This document shows positions 25,293-37,500 of a stretch of DNA of 64,000 nt, in pieces (within the stretch, counting starts at the first letter, position 1; every line of letters begins with the position of its first letter). The stretch is from positions 4,482,093 to 4,546,092 of the forward strand of contig CM082587.2 in NCBI GenBank assembly GCA_040954595.2. The letters are read 5' to 3'. This DNA comes from Balanoglossus misakiensis (taxonomy: Eukaryota > Animalia > Hemichordata). The position numbers and the translations under genes were made by a program. The notes beneath the pieces were generated by a model. That model saw nothing but the letters and a program-made list of their open reading frames with translations, was not told the DNA's origin and searched no databases.

Positions 25293-28200
25293 TCTCATCA
25301 TCACCCCACCCCCAATTATAACTCCATAACTGTTTGAAATTCCAAGAGCCATCACATCAGGCATTGTCTACTATCAAAATTTTGTTTGGTTTTATAAAAA
25401 AAATCCTTGACATACAAAAATGAACCTATTAACCTATAAATGATGTATGAGCCGGTTAGCGTCGCAAGCCCTCGTGCTAACTAATTTACTGAGTCACCAA
25501 GAAAAGCTGTGAGTGACGCACGCACGCCTCCGAGATGATAAAAGAATCTTCTGATCTAGGGGGATTAATCGGTCGCTAATCTTCACCCCCAGATTTTGTA
25601 AAAGTGAACTCTAAGTGAGGTCCTAGATTGCAGTTAAATTTGGCCTCTCAGTGGATCAGGTGATTATTAGAGACATAAGGTATTACGACAGCTTAGGGAG
25701 AACCCCATAAAAGAAACAATTTTCAAGCGATGTCCTTGGCTTGCCACCTGCTTGACATTGAATTTAGTTTCTTCCATTTTAATAAAATTGTAGAATTAAA
25801 AAACTTGCCTTTGCAATGTAGAATTGTAAAAAAAAAAAATGTCAAATTTATTTTAGAAAAATCTCTCGCAACACGTTTGTTGTTCGACGGCGTGTCGAGA
25901 CCGCAGCTTTATTTGATTTCAGCATGTGTAAACGACTGCAGGGAGTGAGACATGAAGAGAATGCGTGACAGGTTAAAATTAGCTCATCAAAAGCAGTGGT
26001 AGAGCGCTGCGCAGATGAAAAGCTGAGGCTGCTAAAATCCATCTTCACTTTCTGAACGGCGCGATCCTCTCTACAGATTCATTGGACAGGTATGGTGGCC
26101 CTCCTTAGGTTATATTCACCATTGGCATTTCACTTAATTTCTCATACTACCCCTTGTCCTATCACTGCAATGTACAGTACAGCCATCTGTTTTCTACATG
26201 TACATAACCCTGTCACGTATACTTGTGTGACGCAAGACCTTTCATCATGGCAGACGCTGTCAGTGACTCAAGATAATGATAATCTGTGTTTGCTGTAACA
26301 TATCAGTGAATGTAACACAATCTTGTTTACATCATGCCTAAGATACATATATATAGTTCTCAACCTCGTAAATTTCGATAAGCGGTCTTTCCTCATATTT
26401 CTTCCTCGGGTGACGTGTATAGTTCTGACATGTGCATGCTTAAGACAGGGACATATTTCTGAGTTTAATGACCTACAGACTTTTCTTGTCGCCAGTGCTT
26501 TCTCTCTAAAAATAAAAATGAGGCAATGATCCAAGTTTGTAGGTAGCAAACAACGTAATTATAGTGTATATGATTAGTATACAAATAAATGCAAATTATA
26601 TGTAAAATATAAATAATTTGCATAATGGTGTGAGTGATGTCAATCCATAATCACCTTGGAAACAATTCAGGTGTTAGTTATATTAATTAAACCAGATGCA
26701 AGATTAGCCAAAGTTGATATGTTTGTGCATATGCAGTCCAAGCTCGCTGACCCTGTTGAGTGAGTCAGATTCTGAAAATGCATCGCTTGCATTTCCCGAA
26801 CCGACTTCCTGACGCAGAGAAATTGACAGAGGTCGCGTCGGTGGATGCCAGGTTAAATACATGGAGTGGCCATCCTCACTTTAATGACCGCCAAAGAATC
26901 ACTTGAATTATGTTTTGAGATGATTCCAAAATCACCCCCTGACCGCGGCCATCCATCACTTAAGGCACTCCTAGCTACTCCCTCCACTCAAGCCATCCAA
27001 CTTCACACCAGGGAAGGAAAGGAGACCGGCAGAGAAAGCCGGCGAAATCCTCCTGCGCAAACAAATTAAAGTGCTTTCGTTTTTTGACTGATAGCCACTT
27101 AATTCATAATCAAATTTGCAATTGCTCGAGTAGAGTTATCAGAACGAGCTTATAGAGTGAGTTGGCAAACAGTGGGTGATGGCAGTGAGTGGAGGTTGCT
27201 GTGTGTCGAATGGTTAACAAGGTCCCAGCCGGCGTGGGCCAAAGAAATGTTTTGTATTAAAGAAGTCACTGAGTTAGTAATTTTTACTGTTAACTAAAGT
27301 GAGAAGAAAGTTGAGAGAACAAAATTCTGTGGAGTTCATGTTTATTGATATTGCCATAGAGTTATATTCTTTGTGTCATGTCATTTTTACTAATAAAACA
27401 AAATGGTAGGGAACTCTTAATAGCTCATGAGGGAATTACATGTACCTACAAAACTTTGTTTAAAGCAGGTCTGGAGAACCGCGAGTAACCGGTCAAATCA
27501 ATTCCATTTATTCTGTAGCCCAGTAATGAATATTCAAAGCAATGTCATTGAAGCCATCTGTACAGTGCATTCATTGTCGACTAAATAACATTAATCTCGT
27601 TTAAAAGAAATGACATTGCTGGCTGTGTGCCCGTAGCGAAAAAAGCCGTCCCCGAAGACGGCCGTGGTAACAAGCCTTGCACTTTTCGCCACCCGATTTA
27701 CGTCATCCGTGATTAGAAATTATGTAAATCGATCTCGCAGATAATCGTTTGGACGCAAATGGCTTTCTTGTTTCTTTGGTGCTTAATGAGGTATGAAATT
27801 GAGACCGGGGCATAGAAATACCCATTACGGAGCATATTTCCGTACTTGAAATTACCCACCCTGCTCCGTGAGGGATGGGTGTTATGTCAAATTGCCCGAC
27901 TGTAATGGAGTTTTGTGACCCAAATACATCGTTGATATATGAGTGTTACCTTTTGGGGGGGGGGGGCCGATGGTTATCCAAAACCGGCTGGGTAGAATCT
28001 ATTGCTAGGAATTGCCATCGTTTGTTTGAATTTGCACCGTTGCCAAACTGGTCACCTGTGATGGGATAAGGTGCCACCAGATTACATCAGTGATGTATGA
28101 GCGTACTAGATTTCAGTTAACAGCCTTCAATGGAGAGAAATTTTATGACTCTTCATTTAGAATATTGCTGTTGATTCAGAAAGGTGTCTGTAAGTGTAAG

Positions 28201-31200
28201 AACAGGCTTCAATGCGTGTGCACACCAACATTAGAGACACGGCAGGTACATGTAGACCTTTGCCTTTCTGGACAGTGTAGATTTTTTAATACGTATTAAA
28301 GGCATCACCACTTCAACAAGATTTATTGCTGCCGAGAAGGCAAATTGATCACCTGGGTAAATTTCCTGTTGAGTCTGCAAGGGCTGAATGACCTTGACCT
28401 TAACTGTGACCTGAAGAAGGTCACAGTGATTGCTGTCTTCTGGTTGGCTTGCAATATTGCAATGCTCATGTTCAGTTAGTTTTGTCGACATAGACCATGT
28501 TTGTCAGTTCACAAATAAATCTTCGTACAAGTTCTACCTAAGTGGGCTGACAGTGATGGTAACTCGTGGCTACAAGAGATAAGATTAGAGTCCATTGGAA
28601 GCCTGTCCACGTCGCTCCCACCGGCACAGTTCGAACCGGCATCAGAGATCGAACGAGAGATGCGCCCTGTGTGCTTTTATTGTATTTCTGTAATCCCTTC
28701 CATCTAAGAATAACTGTTCCATTTCCCACCGTGACGTGGGGACGGTGTTTGTACTGACGTCACTGAGCGTATCGTTGCTATCTTCTGATGCACAGTGCGT
28801 AGGACAAATTATTGATTTTGTGAAAAGAGCCTGTCTCAAACACCAGTGTTTATCAGTCTGCCACGCGGGTCTATGCCCGAGCAATTTACCAATGAAAACT
28901 CAAATGTATAAGACTACATTGAAAAGTGTCTGTTTTAAGATACAATACAATGGGCCAAGAAATTATGGTCAGTCATAGATTCCCCAATGATGAATATTGG
29001 CAACATCCACCTATGAGAAGAGACAAATAATTCTACTCAAACATGTTTAAGAAAACTGCCACCGTGTCAAGTGCACAGTACCGTGTCTATATAGTGCCGA
29101 GTCATTTCAGATTACATGTTAAGTGACAGGTTGTTTCGCAGCATGGCTACAAATCAGTGTATAACTGTCTCTCCTTGTCAGGCAAGCTGTGCCCATTAAA
29201 GGAAGACAATCAATAAAACCGCCCGCAAATGATTCTGGGACTCGCGGGGGAAGTCTACGCACGCTGCGAGCATTTATAGAAAAACAAATCGCGGATGTAT
29301 TCCGCTGAGCAGCTGATCAGGTTTTATACAATTACACCTAATCCAAATCTCGCCTCAGATGCTGATTATTGTCTGTGGAAAGACCGGTAATGCCATAAAG
29401 AGATAACTGTGGGTAGATGTATACGTGTGTGCACCTGGTGAAAGCTCAGTGCCTGCCAATCACAGTGATATCAGCGGGCTGTTTTGGTAAATGTTTGACT
29501 GCAGTGTCTGAAAAACATGTAACTTGCTGAGGGACGTGCGAACATTTAACCATACATGTATGCGTGCAAGTCACTTGTGGAATACACATCCACCATCCAC
29601 ATCCCTGCGAGGTATCCATCCACTGAAATTCCTTTTTAACCTGAGTGCCCGCATCCATTAGTCGATAATTATTCAGACAAGACGGCTTCTAACCGTTTTC
29701 CGTGCATCCTCATCAAAAAAACATGGCAGGAAGTATCAAGTTGGAAGCATTCATCGTTTGCCAACGCTAAAACTCATTCAACAGTGCGTTTCCAAAGGCC
29801 AGTGCCCATCATTTTCAGAATTGTGGACCTCATTTGGAAAGCCATTGAAACAGCTAGCACAACAGGGGCCGGCCATCCACTGTAAACTAGAGAAATCTGC
29901 ATCATTGTGTAATATGCGGAAGCGGAGATAAACAGCTTTTCTTTCACTGCAGAGCAATTATGAGCATTAACAGCTCAAAAATCGGCCTCGGTGTGTAATG
30001 AAATGCAAGAGAATGTGCCTGCACTACTGCTGGTGACCAATTCTGATGAAAAATATTAAGCTGAGCCTCTGATGCCCAGCAAGAGATAAAATATGTTTCA
30101 GTGTATTTTATAACAGCTGAGACAGACCAACATCACTGAGCCAGAAGGCGTCGCCAAGGTTCAACTATCACTTTACATAGTGCTTTGTATGCTACAGCGC
30201 AGATAGATATGTGTAACCATGGCAACCACAGCATGCGTGCAACATGCTGGTTGTTAAGTCCAGTAAAAAGTTACACACACACAACCGGATATCAGAAAAT
30301 AAATTATACACATCTTTTCTGCTCTCAGTCTCAGAGAGTAAGTTACATCTTGTTGTAGAAACTTTGAACTATTCATGATTCTTCAAGTAGACTGTCTTGC
30401 TGGTGGCTTTGTTCTTCCTGCACAAAGCGGACTACAGTTGCGGCTTCTGTGACTAAAAGGTTGGCAGCTAGAATTTTTTGTTTGTGTCACGATGTTTTTT
30501 GTCAGCAGAAATATGAAACTATCAAACTGATGTGAGCCTTCTCAAAAAAAAAATGACCTTCACTATGCCTAGAGGGTCAAAGCCTCGCAACTGCTCAGGT
30601 TCTGTCATGTGACATTATCAGTTGATATATGAGACCAATTCAGTGAAAGTAATGATCTTTGGAAGTATATACAAGCAGTTGCTGTCGCACTTCACTTGCC
30701 TTGCATTCAGAACAAATGGAAGCATGTCAGAAGCCCGCTAGTCTGTGAAATTCAGGGGGAAAATGAGATCTACTGGTATAGTAGGAACATCTACCGGTAT
30801 TGTTGGAAGAAGGGTTTATTAAAAGAAGCCAGATTTTCATCTAAGAGGTAATGAAAAACGAGTGTATAGTCACTGTTGAGAAAACATGTTCAGACTATAT
30901 TTAGCAGACCTTTGGGTGACCCTTACACACACGGGTGTGATGTACGGAATAAGTAATTCTGCCAAATGACAAGACCCAGCAGAAAATTCCAACACAAGCA
31001 CGTACAGTGATTTTCAACATTTTATAGACGTGGTGATCTTTTTTTTAATTAATTCCGTTGTTGGATACATTTGTTATTGAAATATTGGTTGCTAGGGTAC
31101 AAGTAAAATTTAACAAAAAGTATATTGATATTAAATAAATTTTGGTGTATATTGAAATGTACACTGTATTCACTTAAACCAGTATTTATGCAAAACTATA

Positions 31201-34200
31201 TGTAGCCTTCATTTCTAAATTGTGAAAGTAATTCTGATTTGAGGGGAATTCACTGAGTCTATAAAATGCAGCTCAGACTGTTTCCTGCATCCAGGTTTTA
31301 ATAAAGTGATTTCAAACCCTGTCCGGATGTTCGTCACGAATCTATCCAAGCATTCCTGCTCCAACAAAAGAGGTGGATAAATTTTCCCATAGTGATAAAT
31401 TTCCAGAGGATCACACGCCTCAGTATGGCACTTCATACGGTCTGCGCCTGTGTATTCAGTATGACTCTTTCCCACAACAACTTGAGGCAGTTTCCTGTTC
31501 CAGTTGATAATTATTACGTGTCGTGATGTCCACAGTTGTGAAAAATCCTCATCAGGTGGGCGGAAATGATGTGCGTCCGGACTTATACCATCGTCAGAGA
31601 GGCGTTAACAATCTCGTGAAACGTTAGCTTGGCTATTTTTATCATCTGTGTGCAATGGGATGGAATTTTTCAAGTACATTTTTGTGTGAAAATAATTTAC
31701 ATTAAACACTTGAACAATCAATGGGTTTGCACGCATGACAGCATGAAGGGTCAGTACAGTGCTGACGACAATAGACCGCAATAGTTTATTTGAAACACAG
31801 TGGACCTTTCCATTTAAAAACTAGATGAAATACAAAACCAGTAAAATATCACTGAAAATAAATTAGTCCCTTTAGAAATATCTGAATACACTATTTTCCC
31901 CTTTACTATTGAAAAATGGTGAATATTTTCCCTATTGTAGTTTTGTGCTCAAGTTAATTGTGGTCAAATAATCAGTATTTATCATGTGTGGCATTTGATG
32001 AATCAGAGGCCATTTGTGTGAAACAAAGTTGAGATAAATCATGAAAATTGGGGAAAACAGTCCTGCACATGTTCTGGGCAAATAAATAACAAGTCAGTGT
32101 GCCTCCATCCACACTCTCAGCATTCCTCAGTAAAATGAACTAATCCATCATATTAGAGCGATGAGCGTATTTGACAGACCTGTTCCAAATGGTATTTATG
32201 CTGATTGTGAGCATTCGTAGAGGTTCCCTATTTCCGGTATATTAATATCTTCATTCTAAATTCATTTCCGTGATTAAATAACATTGCTGCTGAAATTTGG
32301 CTGCATGGCATTTAGTATTCGGTGTAACTATCAAGGGAGAATGCACTTTTGCAATTGGAAGTATGTCTGTTTTGAGATTCATATATTCTATGGATGCATA
32401 TTGAATGTTGGCAATTTGCTGACCTCATGGTAGTGCTTCAGAGAAGATGAAATTGTACTTTCTGTCTAGTCTCTTCTGTTTACGAGCCTCTATTCTCCGT
32501 GGACGTACAGCAGCTCTCATATCATGCCCATCAGGAAAAAATGTTGCTTTTAACAGTCACATCATTGCCTTTGCTCTCACCATCTGAACTTTGACCCACT
32601 GCAGGACTCGACAAATGAGGTACATCCATAACTATGTTGCCAGACTTCCCTTCAGCATTTCTGCAATTTTGCCAAGACGTCTTCCCCCGCGAGATGACTT
32701 CTTTATGAGGTTGTTTTTTTTTATTGGATTTTGAATACATGTTGCGGCATTTGCACCACAGTGGCACATATTTATTGTCGGGCCGGAAGGCTTTCGCTCA
32801 GTTTTGAAAAATACCTCTGTGTGTATACTGTATTCTATATATTTATGTGCCACCCGTGTGTGGATAGGGTTTATCGCAATCTGATCTTTGCACCTAATTT
32901 GAATATTTGAATTCTATCACCTGTTAGTGTTTGTACCCAACTCATATTTTTTTGTTAATTTTATAAAATTTCCTGACATGTAGATTCAGACAGTACAACA
33001 ATTTGATATGTCAGACATTTAACATGTCTACCTGACAGGCGACTCTGAAGCTCATTCTGGAGATGTAAATCTTTGTCAACGTCTCCTTCAAATGATGGAG
33101 AACCTGAGATGTGCCTGAACAAATTGCCTCTCTAATAAGATTTCCATTGCCCTGTTACTGCAGGTGTTATCGTTCGCTCAACTGAATGTCATCCCATTCA
33201 CCTATAACTGTCCGTTTCACACCTTGTGATGTGCTGAGATGTCAGGGGTTCCAAAGACCAGACGGACTCGCTAATGAACTGAAAACCTGAGACTCGATCT
33301 CCACACTGTCAATAAGTCTTGGTCTGTTTTCACCAGTCCACAAGATTTCTTCTTGTACTACAAACTAAAATGGGTCGTCACTGATATTTACTGCCGCACA
33401 GAGTGTGATGTCAAACTGCAAAACAGCAATCTGTATGTGTTCCTACAATAACACAGTTGGTTGCCCCTCGTAATGACTAGGTCAGACGTCAACAAGTTGT
33501 GGGGGAAAAAAGACTGACGATGAAACAAAATTGGACTTCATTCACAGCTTTGTGAAAAATCCCCATCAAAAGCCACACATCTCTTTTGCAGCCACCTGTC
33601 TGTTATCGTGAAACTTTTTATGTACACTTTGTCTTGAAAGGTATTCATGGTGCATTAGTGCAACTTGTATTGATCTGATTTTTTCCCATTTCGGTCTTAA
33701 TTCATTTGAAATACAAACCGACAACTCGAGATACAACCTGATAACACTCATAGAGTGCATTTAATGATGCCTTTAATGCTGCTAAGTCATTCCGATGGAA
33801 TAACTAAGTCTGCTAGTGGCTGGCTGCTCACTCATTTTGTGAGCCTGCTGTATCTACCTGTCAATCTCGTTGAGAACCCCCAACAAACTCCCCCAGACTG
33901 TATGCTGATTCAACTGATAGTTTCATGATTGTGTGGTCCTAATACAACAAAGCGACACTCTGCCTAACATGCTTTCTGAATACCTTCCCGATAGTATCTT
34001 TTTTATGCATATAGAAAGGTTTTTCCCCCAGCATAATCACATTCTGTATTAGTATAGTAAGATTTGACATGGCATTTGTCTTCCTGTATTTAAGTGCAGT
34101 TAGATCATGATGTCAGATAATAGAATGTCTGTTGGAGTCTACATATTTGGCAGAGCATAAGTTACAAATGTGACCGTTTAGAACATGTGCACCGCATGTA

Positions 34201-34538
34201 CCATCTGATAATGGTTGTATTTGCATCAAAGTCATCTGAAATATTCTGTAGTTCCAGTCCACAGTTGGTGAACACCCCTAACCACCTTACCTGTAAACTA
34301 AATGTGGCCCTTTGAAAAATATTCTGTAGAGTTCTATAGAATTTCTTTGTCGAATTCAATAAAATAGTGCCAAAGCTCTCTAAACTTCTGTAAGACTTCA
34401 ATAAATATGTATAGAAATTCTATAAGATATATATATTCAGTTTTTTTTCCATAATGCTACAGGAAACTACTTCTAAAGTGATATATTTGAATCGATTCCT
34501 CGTCTCATGGCAACAATTCTCTGCCTTTGTTCTTGCAG

Positions 34539-37500
34539 GATCTACACGTGAGTGGGAAAAAAGAATTACCAAGGAAGCGTTTTGAAGGAATCTCTCGCCC
34601 TCTGCTGGGAATAAGGAGGAAAATCAGCAGTCCGGAATTGCAGCAGGGAAAGAAGAACGAGAGCACTCTAGCGTTACTCAATCGCAAAGTCAGCAGCCCG
34701 GAAATCAAAATAAGCACAGTGGATGATGACAACAACGAGACCAAACTAGATGCAAACTCGCCCATCTCGGAGGAGAAGCCCGACGACGACGACGAAGACC
34801 TGGGAATCATGTTTACCGCCAAGAACAAGAACAAACTGACAGTGGACCTGTTTCCGAAATCCTCGTCCTCTTGCGAGGACTGCTCCAAGGACACCATAGA
34901 CAATAGCCACAGCTTCGACCGGTTGATGAGCACGGCGTCGGCGCCCTCCAGCCCCTCGGAGAGGGTGCACCTGAGTCGGAGCTGGAACTCCCTCGCCCCA
35001 ACGGGCACCGTCTCTCACTCGCAGGTGCGAAAGTCGGACGAGTTCGACACCAGGGACTCCTCGAACGGGAAACACAGCAAGGACACTTCCAGCGCAAAAA
35101 ACAAAACCAAGAGGAAGCCCATCATTTTTACACTGTTCCCGCGTAGCTCAGGGGAGATCAAAAACAAGGAATGCACGCAAGCGGAAGAGGCTCAGGAGGA
35201 GGCACCGGCACACGCTTTGTTTTTGAAGGAAACCTTCGACCCGAAGAAGGAAGATATCCCTCAGAAAAGGGTAGGCTCTTTACTCATACATTTTACTGAA
35301 GTCTCTAAGTGAAGTCACACCAATAACTTCCAAGGATTGGTGATCATCTTTGTTTAGAGGCTTCCAGGCTTGCGGAAGCAAAAATTCAGCTTTAAAGGGG
35401 CATACACAATACACAGTTCCATGCACAAACCAAAGGGCTACTGTTTATTTCTATAGAAGTGCCACATCAAGAAATATGGGTCTTCAAAAAAAATGACAGA
35501 CTGTTGATAACCTTCCAGATTAATTAATTTTGATTAATATGGTATTGGTATCATGTCTGTTTTATGTTTATTAAAAATACAGATTAAGCATTTTTCTTGC
35601 AAAATATGATCCATAGGCTTGTTATCTCTATACAAAAGGTGTCAAATGTTGAAAATACTCAGGCAGCAATAACCAGTGCAGGCTTGTGAAGTCAGGGTTT
35701 AATTCCAGAGCCAATCCAGACTCTCCAGCGCATTCCAGTGGTTAAGCAACTCTTCGCTACCACGTAAACCGCGAGTAATGTTAATTTCCGGCCACTGGAG
35801 GAACGTTCACCCACGCAGTCTGCTGGGCATTGTCAATTCGACGGCAGGGGGAACATGTCCTTGTTTGGAACCCCCATTGATCCATACATGTCGGGTTTTA
35901 GAGAGACATTCGCGTCACAGTTTGAATGGGGGATACGTACGTGTGTTCAGATGCGGAGTTGTCAGAAGAGATTTGGATTTCGTGGCAACGTTGAAAGAAA
36001 AGAAGTCTTAGGGAAAAGCTACCGTGAACAAATGAAACCCGTATGGTCCATTGAAGATGAAGGGAAACACTCTCAAATTATATCAAGTACTGAATGGACA
36101 TGTTGGCCACCCATTGTCACATATGTCGTCGCCCTGGACGGTCTGATGGGTAAATCAAATAAGGCTGTCACTCATGGAATTAAACAGCCCAGTGACCAAC
36201 TATAAGAGGGCTAAATCAATCAATCTTGCCAAGTCGCCCAATCAATGAGTTGTCAGTCAGTCTCTCGTCTCGGCGCAGACGGTTTTTATTAAACTCTGAA
36301 TGTGCTGAATAAACTCTGGGTATATGGCTTGCTGCATTCAAATCAAAATGAGATCACCTGCATCCATATGCACTCCACTGGCTTTCACCCTTAAACAGTA
36401 TCGGTTTACCCAATTTCGGAGCAATTGCACCATAAAACCGGCAGTTCAGCAAACTCTCTCATTACATGCAGTCTGTTGGTTTTCGCAAATGGATCTTTAA
36501 AGCCGTTTGCGTCATCGAGACAGACTCCAGCAGAGCTTGGCTAGGTATCAGTCATAATCTGACTGCCACAATGCTGTGTGGCAAGACTTCTTAGAATTCA
36601 GTTCATCGGTACCCTATTTGTGGATCATGAGAGAGAGAGAGAGAGAGGGGGGGGGGGGTGAGTGAGGGAGAGGGAAGAGAGAGAGAGATTAAAATTTTGC
36701 TCTGATTCATTATATAGTTTCAGCCATGAGCACACAATATATGGTCGTACTGCACCCTACAGAAACATAAAACGAAGAATGACAGAAACCTAAAACAGAG
36801 AACGTGTCTTAACAAGCAAGATTCGATGTTTTTCAGGAAATCGGTTATCAGAACAAATGACTCGTTTGGCTGGAGATACGTGATGTGTGTTCGTGAGCAT
36901 TTTTAGGCTCTTCAGCATTCTAACTCTGAAACTTCAGCATTTTGACATTTTAAAATTGAAACAAAGGTCACCCAGAGGACAGAGTGATGATGTAACCGCC
37001 CTAAGAGGATTAGATGCAGTGATCCCTTTCGGTAATGCACTTATTTTCTATCATTCCCTGGATTCAATTATCTTAAATTCCCAATTGCCATGGTTACTCG
37101 TACAAGCGCTGCCGTGCTGTACCATGGAGAGAGTTTAAAATTTGACCGTGATCAAATTCCGTGTATTACCAGCGGGAGATCTGTACAAGCAAGATGCAGT
37201 TCACTTAAATCATGTCAATTAAGACTAGTTCTGGAGGTGTCAATGTTTGAAAGATGGGGTTGCATGCATGCACAGCCCAGGGGGCTATGTGAATTAGCAG
37301 AACAGTTCTTGGAAGAGGCAGACTGGTTCTTAGAATTTAGCGACTTAATCTAAATCTAACCGTGCACATGCAAGTGAGTGAACTTATGTCCATGAACTCT
37401 GTGCCCTCTTTGCCTTTACCGCAAACCATTGACCGACAGTACAGTGAAACCAATTTAAATCAATTAGCCTTTCAAAAATCCATCGTAAACTTTTTCTGAA

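Noticed and set aside
36887-37138. ORF ending [10 protein letters not shown], resembling the RGS5/16 N-terminus
   Set aside because: No donor in the phase 2 needed to join the AKDMK exon; ends in a stop codon.
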